From a virus, in the IMG/VR virus record IMGVR_UViG_3300037506_000026, positions 1-44,263 of that record: 44,263 nt of DNA. One strand, 5' to 3'. The notes under the pieces are model-generated. The model saw only the letters and a list, made by a program, of their open reading frames with translations. It did no database searches and was not told where the DNA came from. Of the stretch, positions 8,391 through 15,809 are shown piece after piece. Numbering within the stretch: the stretch's first letter is position 1; every line of letters begins with the position of its first letter. A program made the position numbers and the translations under genes.

Positions 8391-8656
8391 TATCCTACCG
8401 GCTCCCCAAGGTATTCTCCGTAGTCATGGCCGAGAGGATCGACTCCGTTTTGAACCGTGTCGATAGACTCGGAAGGCTCGGAGCGCATGAGCTTTATCAA
8501 ATCGTTCTGCATTTCCATCAGGTATTTGAGATAGTCTTGCTGGTTGAATTCCACTTGACCGACGCGCCAATTAGCGGTCGGGTTGGCGAGCGCGGCGGTG
8601 ATCGCTGCCTGTATTGCCGTGAGTTGAGTGTTCAAACTTGTTTGGTCGAGTCCCAT
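8390..8656 (-). CDS. Putative head-tail connector / head completion protein
   Basis: 88-aa helical protein. The call is by position only. Confidence 0.4.
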   Translation of the reverse strand: MGLDQTSLNTQLTAIQAAITAALANPTANWRVGQVEFNQQDYLKYLMEMQNDLIKLMRSEPSESIDTVQNGVDPLGHDYGEYLGEPVG

Positions 8657-8660
8657 CGCA

Positions 8661-9143
8661 TCACCTCTCTATGAAATCCAATTTATCCGACGACACCAAT
8701 TCGTTCGGACTCACGAGCTTATCCCCCACATCCACCAGAGCGAATCCCGCTTCTTTATACGCACTCGCGACCCATGCTGAGCAGACTTGGTGGACGTGGG
8801 TGAGGCCAAATTGCCCAAGAAACATTTGCCAGAAAGAATATGAATCGTTGATGTGAAAGTACGCCCAATAGATCGCTCTCGTTTTGATCGCGTCATCGCA
8901 CTTGGGCCTCATCACGATTTTCGTTCTCATATCGTCGGCGATAAATCGAAAGCTCGGCCTCGGCCACTTCATGTCGATCATCAAATCCGGCTCCGTCGAG
9001 ATCATCCCCACATGAGTCATGGAAGTCTCTTTGGACATTTTCCCCATCTGCCCTCCCCACACTTGGAGCAAGGTGAAGATTCTGTTCTGCCACTTTCCGC
9101 TGTCTGGATAGAACACGATGTCTCCGGCCTTGAGTTCGATCAT
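8661..9143 (-). CDS. Permuted papain-fold (NlpC/P60 superfamily, C92 YiiX/YaeF-like) amidase
   Basis: 160 aa from the ATG at 9143 (ATGA overlap with the upstream stop). LKAGDIVFY ... MTHVGMI ... VMRPK ... VCSAWVASAYKEAG shows the His-before-Cys order typical of the permuted family. Confidence 0.6.
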   Translation of the reverse strand: MIELKAGDIVFYPDSGKWQNRIFTLLQVWGGQMGKMSKETSMTHVGMISTEPDLMIDMKWPRPSFRFIADDMRTKIVMRPKCDDAIKTRAIYWAYFHINDSYSFWQMFLGQFGLTHVHQVCSAWVASAYKEAGFALVDVGDKLVSPNELVSSDKLDFIER

Positions 9144-9760
9144 GCATAGTAGTCCAGCAAGAAGTAGACTTTTTTCGCTGTCCCTGTTGACACGGGCGTG
9201 AATGTGATCTTGAGGCGAAGCGTTGTCGCAAACTCCATGCACTCCGATGATAAGACTTCAACACGCATCCCATTCACCAAAAACAAATCCTCCATCGGTG
9301 TCATAATGGTCGTCCACACGCTGTTGATCTGCATCTGGATTTCGACCTTCACCTTATCGCCATTCGCAACGTCTTTCGAGTAAATCATCCCGCCGCGCAA
9401 ATAGATCAACGTGCCAAATGAAATATCAAGGGATGCCGAGGAATCTTCTGCGCCACAAGCAATCTCGTAGCCTTTCCACCGCTCGGTTGTGTTATTTGGT
9501 TGCGGAGAATTGCTAACGCGATGAACACGCGCCGTGCCTGCTTTTATCTCAAGAGGAGCGTTGGCGGTTGGCATGAAGTTGTCTTCGAAATCTTCGTAGT
9601 CAGCTGTGCCGGAAACGACCGTAACGTGCCACAAGAGGACATTCGCTTCTGGCGCAAAGATGTCGTAAGAATTTGCTCCGACAGAATACTGCATGAGCAA
9701 TTTTTTGGACGCGACCAGAGATTTGAAATCACTCCATGATGCGATTTCCATTGATTGCAT
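9140..9760 (-). CDS. Hypothetical structural-module protein (206 aa)
   Basis: Long ORF with a TAATG junction to the upstream gene. The sequence looks beta-rich. Confidence 0.6.
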   Translation of the reverse strand: MQSMEIASWSDFKSLVASKKLLMQYSVGANSYDIFAPEANVLLWHVTVVSGTADYEDFEDNFMPTANAPLEIKAGTARVHRVSNSPQPNNTTERWKGYEIACGAEDSSASLDISFGTLIYLRGGMIYSKDVANGDKVKVEIQMQINSVWTTIMTPMEDLFLVNGMRVEVLSSECMEFATTLRLKITFTPVSTGTAKKVYFLLDYYA

Positions 9761-10341
9761 TATGCGTTCACCTCATAACCACCAAAGTTCGCTCTCCACG
9801 TTGTGCTGGTTGCCGCCGAAGGAGTCACGACAACACGGATAACAGTTCCGGCGGGAATAGGGACATTCAAAGCAACGGGCGAATCGTTTGATGGAGCGTG
9901 GAACCTATCGACTGTTATTATTTTAGTCCCACTTGGAGTTTCAGCGCTCATGGAGCCAAGGAATATAGGGTTCACATTTCCAGGAAGCGATGTCCTGTAC
10001 CCGTTCATCTGCACATATTGCAAATAAAAAATTTTCCCCGATGTTACGGTGTACGTTAGAACCACTTGATCGGCGGTCGTCGCTGTCGTAATAAGCGATC
10101 CCGTCTTAAAGACTGGCGTTCCAGTCGCCGGTGGTTGGACAGTGACAGGAATGGAAGGCTGATCGGATGCCATTGTAAAGGGAACCGAATTGGCCATCGT
10201 CTTTTGACCAAGCGTTAGAGCAGAACCTCCGACACGAAGAATGTCTGCCGGCGTGTTTCCCTCGGCAGTCACATTGGCATCAATGCCTGTTGGCCCCTCG
10301 ATGACGGTGCGGTTCTTCTCGATGTTCGGCAAATCAGCCAT
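9760..10341 (-). CDS. Hypothetical structural-module protein carrying the shared C-terminal IPAG-x-VI-x-V domain (paralog 1)
   Basis: 193 aa. C-terminus NVPIPAGTVIRVVVTPSAATSTTWRANFGGYEVNA resembles the C-termini of the 11919..12320 and 10687..11661 products. Confidence 0.6.
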   Translation of the reverse strand: MADLPNIEKNRTVIEGPTGIDANVTAEGNTPADILRVGGSALTLGQKTMANSVPFTMASDQPSIPVTVQPPATGTPVFKTGSLITTATTADQVVLTYTVTSGKIFYLQYVQMNGYRTSLPGNVNPIFLGSMSAETPSGTKIITVDRFHAPSNDSPVALNVPIPAGTVIRVVVTPSAATSTTWRANFGGYEVNA

Positions 10342-10621
10342 TTTTCTTCACATCATCTTTGTGAGCAAATTCGTGAACCGTCCTCGCCAAAAAAGCGAGG
10401 TTGCGATTGATGCTCGAAAGCACTTGAACCAAAACGATCAACTCATTCCCTTGGACGTGCATGGTCGGTCGAAGTTCAACTCCCGACGGAGTTTCTTTGA
10501 GTTTCCGACCTGCTTCCGGTACGGGAGTTTTCTCGACGTTGACCGTTTTCTCTGGATTCGGATTCTCCGTCACCGCCGGAATATCCTCCGGCTTTCTTCC
10601 TTGCAAGTCTATGTCTGCCAT
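10334..10621 (-). CDS. Hypothetical protein (95 aa)
   Basis: ORF with AAGGAGAC upstream. Pro/Glu-rich N-terminus and helical C-terminus. Confidence 0.5.
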   Translation of the reverse strand: MADIDLQGRKPEDIPAVTENPNPEKTVNVEKTPVPEAGRKLKETPSGVELRPTMHVQGNELIVLVQVLSSINRNLAFLARTVHEFAHKDDVKKNG

Positions 10622-10640
10622 GTTGTCTCCTTGTGGTCAT

Positions 10641-10670
10641 GGGGAGAGCGACCCGAAGGCCGCCCTCCCC
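10641..10670 (-). other. Stable intercistronic RNA hairpin with a UUCG tetraloop (forms fully only in the minus-strand transcript)
   Basis: Minus-strand RNA GGGGAGGGCGGCC-UUCG-GGUCGCUCUCCCC gives 13 bp including two G-U pairs. The same positions are A-C mismatches on the plus strand. Confidence 0.6.
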
Positions 10671-10686
10671 CGCCCGATTGAATTTT

Positions 10687-11661
10687 TTACGCTACGTCGT
10701 TACCCATGATCGTCGAGTAGACGTCCTGAGCTTGTCCTTGGCGGTTCGTCCGAATCACTCGCACGGTGCCAGTCGAAGTGACGGGAACCTCACGCGGAGG
10801 ATTGAACGGAATGAAACAGTTGCCGCCTTCTTTGGGAATGAACCCGACGGCGATGGTGACCAGAGAGGCCACGGGACCAGTCTGGACTGTCACCTTAAGG
10901 CCGCCCGAAGCCGAAGCCCACACGCCCTTCAAGAGGAACGTGGTTCCGGTTACGGCATAGTCGTGGTTGTCTCCCGTGTCGGAGGCCACATCCACCGAAG
11001 TGTCATAACTGTGGACTTCGTTCGACAGGACTCCAACGTCAACCATCTGAACGTAGATGGGGTTGGTTGGGCCGTTGGCGGTTGTGTTGCCGGAAATCTT
11101 CACGGAATCCAGAGCCAGAGTGAGGTCGCGAATGTCGAGATCAGTCGCCGAAACAGGAACAGTGCCGTTGACGTTGACCGTTACTCGGCCGGAAGCGTCA
11201 ATCGCAAGACGATTGGCATCAGTGGTAGCGTCAACCAAAACGATGAGCTGTTTCCGGTCAAGCGTCATTCGAGCGATACCAACATCGCCTTCATTCACGG
11301 AGTCAGGAGCCGTTTCATCGGCCAAGAAGCCGCCGGGGGAAACCTTGTCAACGCCGATCGAGAAGGCCGAATCGTCGTCTTTGGACGGCCCAGAGCCTGC
11401 GCCGTTCACGTCTTCGACCCACAACGCGCCGTTGGCATTCACGCGAAGCTGAACGTAGTCTCCGTCTGCCGGAGTGAGAGCTGTCAGAGCATCGTCGCGA
11501 ACCGCGAGGATCGCTACGCCTGCATCAGAGCCGCCTGCCGCTACGTCAACGACCTTGTGGAGAGCGTTTGTTCCGTCTGAGAGTTCGATCCAGATCGGGT
11601 TGCCGACCACGTTTGCGTTTCTGTCTTTTGATACGAGTGTTGGAAAATGACCGTCAGCCAT
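10687..11661 (-). CDS. Hypothetical structural-module protein (324 aa), paralog 2; possibly an abundant virion component
   Basis: Long Gly/Asp/Val/Thr-rich, beta-type sequence. C-terminus VPVTSTGTVRVIRTNRQGQAQDVYSTIMGNDVA parallels ...IPAGDVIDVKVEHFVTGETPDFEASIMGY. Followed by a stable hairpin. Confidence 0.65.
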   Translation of the reverse strand: MADGHFPTLVSKDRNANVVGNPIWIELSDGTNALHKVVDVAAGGSDAGVAILAVRDDALTALTPADGDYVQLRVNANGALWVEDVNGAGSGPSKDDDSAFSIGVDKVSPGGFLADETAPDSVNEGDVGIARMTLDRKQLIVLVDATTDANRLAIDASGRVTVNVNGTVPVSATDLDIRDLTLALDSVKISGNTTANGPTNPIYVQMVDVGVLSNEVHSYDTSVDVASDTGDNHDYAVTGTTFLLKGVWASASGGLKVTVQTGPVASLVTIAVGFIPKEGGNCFIPFNPPREVPVTSTGTVRVIRTNRQGQAQDVYSTIMGNDVA

Positions 11662-11917
11662 TTGTTTGTCCTCCTTGAGAATTTTCGTTTAAGTCGATTT
11701 CGATGGCGAGTTTGTTTTCCAGTTTAAGGATTTCCAACTCGCACATCTTGATCTTTGCCTGCAAGTCAAGGATGCGTCCCTTTTGCAAATCTTCAATGTC
11801 CTGAGTGTAGCGAACGATCTGCGAACGCTTCTCTTGGATCTGCACCTTAACCCACATGTCGTCTATCTCTTTGGTCGGACTCACGAGCCAGTTTTTAGCT
11901 ATCCCGATGTCTGCCAT
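11654..11917 (-). CDS. Coiled-coil protein (87 aa)
   Basis: ATG at 11917, one nt after the upstream TGA. Heptad-like QIQEKRSQIVRYTQDIEDLQKGRILDLQAKIKMCELEILKLENKL. Confidence 0.5.
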   Translation of the reverse strand: MADIGIAKNWLVSPTKEIDDMWVKVQIQEKRSQIVRYTQDIEDLQKGRILDLQAKIKMCELEILKLENKLAIEIDLNENSQGGQTNG

Positions 11918-11918
11918 G

Positions 11919-12320
11919 TCAGTACCCCATGATCGACGCTTCAAAATCTGGCGTCTCTCCTGTGACGAAGTGTTCCACTTTCACGTCGATCACATCACCC
12001 GCTGGAATTTTCCACGGGCTGGCGAATTGGAAGGGCTGGTCGCGATCTGGTCCTGTTCTCTGGATGATTTCGTCGGCTGAATTGCGGACGAGAAACCATT
12101 TTGCATACTCCATCCCAGAACAAAAAATTGCCGTGATGTATCTGTCTGTTACGGCGGCGGCCAGCGTCACCACGGTCGTCTTGACCGATGCGGCAACTGA
12201 TGGAGCGATTGCCTTTGCCAATATCGTCGAAGGCATCACCACATCGCCACTTCCTCCGCTCCCATCCCCGACCAAATCGAGGCGTCCTGTGAGCGGGTTG
12301 TATCGGAATTGGTTTGACAT
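11919..12320 (-). CDS. Hypothetical structural-module protein (133 aa), paralog 3
   Basis: N-terminus FRYNPLTGRLDLVGDGSGGSG (fibre-like). C-terminus KIPAGDVIDVKVEHFVTGETPDFEASIMGY. Confidence 0.6.
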   Translation of the reverse strand: MSNQFRYNPLTGRLDLVGDGSGGSGDVVMPSTILAKAIAPSVAASVKTTVVTLAAAVTDRYITAIFCSGMEYAKWFLVRNSADEIIQRTGPDRDQPFQFASPWKIPAGDVIDVKVEHFVTGETPDFEASIMGY

Positions 12321-12321
12321 A

Positions 12322-12579
12322 TCACGGGAACAAGGACGCCCTATCGTCCCACTTCTTTTTCACGGACAGGCTTCGCGCCCGTATGCAACACGCGGATGAG
12401 TCGTATTGCAGTTTCGTGATGAACCAAATTTCCGCATCTGTTGGACCGTTCACGGCCGCTGTGACGCCGACGTATTCGATCACGGTCTGGACAGGCGTTC
12501 CTGCCGTGGTGTAAGCGATCCGAACATCCTTGCCGGATGCGGAAAAAACCAACTGAGCAAGGAGTTCGTCTACGCTCAT
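12322..12579 (-). CDS. Hypothetical protein (85 aa)
   Basis: ORF tightly packed between its neighbours, with a 4-nt overlap upstream. Confidence 0.5.
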   Translation of the reverse strand: MSVDELLAQLVFSASGKDVRIAYTTAGTPVQTVIEYVGVTAAVNGPTDAEIWFITKLQYDSSACCIRARSLSVKKKWDDRASLFP

Positions 12580-12944
12580 TGTTCGCTCTTGACCTCGATC
12601 ATGATCGAATAAGTGTCTCCGGCGGTGTGTCCGATTGTGCTGAGTTTTATGTCTCCGGTTCCACCTGTCCCGTCGTCTTGGATCCCTTCAACCGAAAGAG
12701 CGCCTTGCCCAGCGCAAATGAACGCGCGGTCTGGCGATGAACGGTCGAAGAACAATTCGACGGACATCCCTTCGACGGCCCATTCGAGCCGAGAAATCTT
12801 TACGCGAGAAGGCGCACCCGGCAGAGCCGAGATGTCGATTTTCGTCACCGAGGTTTCCCCGGTTCCATCGCTTCGATTCGTCAGCAAAAAGATCGACTTA
12901 TCTTTTCCAGACGCGATGGTTTTAATTGCCACTGAATCTGCCAT
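12576..12944 (-). CDS. Hypothetical beta-rich protein (122 aa)
   Basis: ORF with AGGAGGACACA-ATG. First gene after the 12968..12999 hairpin. Confidence 0.55.
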   Translation of the reverse strand: MADSVAIKTIASGKDKSIFLLTNRSDGTGETSVTKIDISALPGAPSRVKISRLEWAVEGMSVELFFDRSSPDRAFICAGQGALSVEGIQDDGTGGTGDIKLSTIGHTAGDTYSIMIEVKSEQ

Positions 12945-12967
12945 TGTGTCCTCCTGTTATGGGTCGC

Positions 12968-12999
12968 GGGGGCCAGCCCGCCGAGATGGGCCAGCCCCC
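12968..12999 (-). other. Stable intercistronic RNA hairpin after the capsid gene pair (specific to the minus-strand transcript)
   Basis: Minus-strand RNA GGGGGCUGGCCC-AUCUCGGC-GGGCUGGCCCCC gives 12 bp with two G-U pairs (C-A/A-C mismatches on the plus strand). No U-tract follows. Confidence 0.6.
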
Positions 13000-13014
13000 T
13001 TGATCCCAATTCAA

Positions 13015-13287
13015 TTAGCTTTGAGTCCCGACCTTCTGCCATCCGTTCACGCCGGTTGTAAGCGTCGAGATGTAGACCTTGAAGGACGAATCCCTCACAA
13101 TCTGCCCGACGACCGTCGGCGTGGACGTCAACACATTCACTTCTGGGATGGTGAGTTTGGCGATGGTTCCCTGCCCTTCGACAGAGAGATCCCCAGTCAC
13201 CGTCACATTGGTGAACTTCGTTGCCGCCGCGTAGGCGATGGCCATGAAAGCCACGACCGCAACGAGTGCGAGCGTCACTTTTCTCAT
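13015..13287 (-). CDS. Small protein with an N-terminal signal peptide or membrane anchor (90 aa)
   Basis: From the ATG at 13287: MRKVTLALVAVVAFMAIAYA/AATKF... shows n-region, h-region and an AxA-type motif. The track start at 13419 would overlap the capsid gene. Confidence 0.55.
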   Translation of the reverse strand: MRKVTLALVAVVAFMAIAYAAATKFTNVTVTGDLSVEGQGTIAKLTIPEVNVLTSTPTVVGQIVRDSSFKVYISTLTTGVNGWQKVGTQS

Positions 13288-13300
13288 GGCGTCACCAGCC

Positions 13301-14383
13301 TTAAGCGTTGTTCTCGAGGACGTAGCGGGTATCGACCGCGCCGCATCCACCGTAGAACGACACTTTGAACTGCTGGACGATGTCTTGGCCGAAACCTTCG
13401 GAGGTGTCCTGACCCACACGGGTGAAGACTTCCAGAGGCCAGATTTCTTCCCAGCGGAACTGACGGTTGAACCCGCCGTACCACCAGTCGGTCGAGGCTT
13501 TCGCCAAGTACGGATTCACTACGATGTCGAACATGTTTTGAGCCATGTTCTTGTCGAGGTTAGCCGTTCCGAGAGGTGAGTACTCGTTCATCTGGAGCTT
13601 CCAAGCCGTCGGATACAAACCAGAAGGCACGATCATGATTGGCTTTTCGCCAAAGACCCAGATCGGTTTCCCGGTTGTGTCGTCTTTCTTGTCGAGCAGT
13701 TCGACGTGCGCGTTTTCCCATCCAGTCGTTCCCAGAGGGTTGGACGTGATGAGGTTGTCGTTGCCAACGGTGTACAGGTCGCCGCCAGAGAGGGCGTCGG
13801 CGTTCACGTTGCAGACGCAGTTCATGATGAGTTCATCACGGAACCGAGCGCCTTCTTCGCCGAGGCCACGGGCGTTGTTCATCAGTTCGCCGGTCTGATC
13901 AAAGAAGATGGATTCTTTGGTCAGGTCGAGAACGCCACCGTATTTCTGATTCTTGATGGTGACGGTCTTTTCGTCCGGCGGAGTGACTTGTCCGTAGGGC
14001 TGACGTTCATTCAAGGCCGAGATTTTACCGATGGCTTTCCATCCGGCAATATTGCTCACCTTGAGTTTCGACGGGACAGTGCGAACCAAGCGGTCTCCGG
14101 CTTTCGGAAACGCCTGATAAGCGGCGATGATCACGGACGAAATGATCTCGCCAGCGATGGTCGGGAACCCAGAAGAAGAAATGTTTTCTTCGAGGTTCTT
14201 TTTGGTCACCATATTCTCCCAGAGGGCTTTCAGGCTGATCTTTGACGGATCAACTTTTTTGGCCTCAACGAGTTTCTTGATGTCCTTCGCCATCTCCTGA
14301 TGTGCGACTCGCGCACCAGCAGACGTCCCACTTGGATTGTGCTTTTTCTCGTATGCTTCAACGAGGTTGATTATTTCACGCAT
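13301..14383 (-). CDS. Major capsid protein
   Basis: 360 aa from the ATG at 14383 (AGGAGG 8 nt upstream). Size, position after the scaffold and decoration genes, and overall sequence character fit a tailed-phage major capsid protein. Confidence 0.85.
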   Translation of the reverse strand: MREIINLVEAYEKKHNPSGTSAGARVAHQEMAKDIKKLVEAKKVDPSKISLKALWENMVTKKNLEENISSSGFPTIAGEIISSVIIAAYQAFPKAGDRLVRTVPSKLKVSNIAGWKAIGKISALNERQPYGQVTPPDEKTVTIKNQKYGGVLDLTKESIFFDQTGELMNNARGLGEEGARFRDELIMNCVCNVNADALSGGDLYTVGNDNLITSNPLGTTGWENAHVELLDKKDDTTGKPIWVFGEKPIMIVPSGLYPTAWKLQMNEYSPLGTANLDKNMAQNMFDIVVNPYLAKASTDWWYGGFNRQFRWEEIWPLEVFTRVGQDTSEGFGQDIVQQFKVSFYGGCGAVDTRYVLENNA

Positions 14384-14408
14384 TGTTTTTTCCTCCTGTG
14401 GGTTGCGA

Positions 14409-14840
14409 TCAGCTTGCATCACCGACGAACCGAAGTCCGGCGGCGGTGTTGGGGAGCAGATAAATGACCTCGACCTCGGTCGCGCTCGTCCCTTTGTTCA
14501 CGGCAACAGCCACCGGATCGGTGGTGTTCTTGCTCAATTTCTGTTCTCCGCTCAACTGAAACAGATCGCCGACCACCCACGTGGATGCGGCGTCCAGTTG
14601 AACCTTGTAAATCGCTTCTGCGTTGGGCAGAGCTACGGTGATCTTCCCCGCACCATCAGTCGAGCGATGTGCTTCTTTCGCTACGCCGATGAAGGCGAGG
14701 TTGTCGGTTGCGGCGGCCACTGGTTCGACGACTCCACCGGAGAGTTTGAGGTGATCTCCGATATCGACGACGACACCAGAAGCGATAGGCAGTGCTTGGA
14801 GCGTTTCAACGCCACGCAAGGCTTTGAAGTCATTAGCCAT
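14409..14840 (-). CDS. DUF2190-like head decoration / cement protein
   Basis: 143-aa Gly/Val/Ala-rich beta protein between the scaffold/protease and capsid genes, the usual DUF2190 position. Confidence 0.55.
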   Translation of the reverse strand: MANDFKALRGVETLQALPIASGVVVDIGDHLKLSGGVVEPVAAATDNLAFIGVAKEAHRSTDGAGKITVALPNAEAIYKVQLDAASTWVVGDLFQLSGEQKLSKNTTDPVAVAVNKGTSATEVEVIYLLPNTAAGLRFVGDAS

Positions 14841-14858
14841 TTTCGTTTCCTCCTGTCG

Positions 14859-15809
14859 CTATCCCTGAATCGCTCGAGCCAATTCGTCTTCCGACGGCAG
14901 CTCTGCTTCTTGCAGGTTTTCATCTTTGGAACCGCCATGACCGTTCACCGCAGGATCTTTCTTTCCAGCGGGAGCCGGTTTGACGCTCTCCAAAATTTCC
15001 TTCTGTGCTTTGATCAGACCGTTGGCTTGTTCCAGAGTCATGCTGTCAGCTTCGATGAGAGGTTTGACTTTCTCAACGACTTCCTTCGGCAGACCTGATT
15101 CAGCCAAGGCCAGAGCCTTTTTGCTCTTTTCCAAGAGCTTGGGGGCTTCTTCTCCCGCTTTGATCTTTTCCTCCAACTCCTTGAGGACGGCACTCCGTTC
15201 ACCGGCTTTGATCGACTCCACCAGTGCAGGATTGCCCGTCGTCAATTCGTCGAGGGTGACTTTAGATAAGTCCATGTCTTCTCCTCCTTGAGTTGATTCG
15301 AACAATGTCTCATTCACCGATGCTTCGGTGACGAGATCGATTGAGAATGATCCCTTCGCGGCAAAACCTTCCACGAGGAAAACTCCGTTCTCCTCACGGC
15401 CGCGTCCGCGGTCGCGGATGGAAAGCCCTACCCCTGCGGGTTTGGCTTCCGCTATCGGCAACACGATGTTTCGCACGCTGTCACTTGGGACTAAGTGCAG
15501 GTCGGCCTTGAGGAACTTTCCTTCCTCAAGCCGGACGTTTTTGTAAACGCCGCCGAAGTCTCTCACCGACCGAACTTCCCCGTCGCCGGGTTTCGGATGG
15601 TCGAGGAACATCTTTGCCCCTTCGTAGCGTTGCACCGCTTCCGAAAGAGCTTGCTTCGTGTAGAAGGTCTTGTTGCGAGAAACCTTCTCACCGGTCAGGA
15701 TGACCACTCCCTCAATCACGCCTCGCTCTTTGTTGACGACCGCTGTTCTGGCCGCCTCCTCCAAGTCCGACGCAAATTCAAAACTGATGAAACCATTTTT
15801 CTTGCTCAT
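14859..15809 (-). CDS. Putative prohead protease / scaffolding protein
   Basis: 316 aa. A globular N-terminal half (..AKMFLDHPKPGD..GLSIRDRG..) is followed by a long charged helical C-terminal half (KELEEKIKAGEEAPKLLEKSKKALALAESG...), which is typical of scaffolds. Confidence 0.55.
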   Translation of the reverse strand: MSKKNGFISFEFASDLEEAARTAVVNKERGVIEGVVILTGEKVSRNKTFYTKQALSEAVQRYEGAKMFLDHPKPGDGEVRSVRDFGGVYKNVRLEEGKFLKADLHLVPSDSVRNIVLPIAEAKPAGVGLSIRDRGRGREENGVFLVEGFAAKGSFSIDLVTEASVNETLFESTQGGEDMDLSKVTLDELTTGNPALVESIKAGERSAVLKELEEKIKAGEEAPKLLEKSKKALALAESGLPKEVVEKVKPLIEADSMTLEQANGLIKAQKEILESVKPAPAGKKDPAVNGHGGSKDENLQEAELPSEDELARAIQG

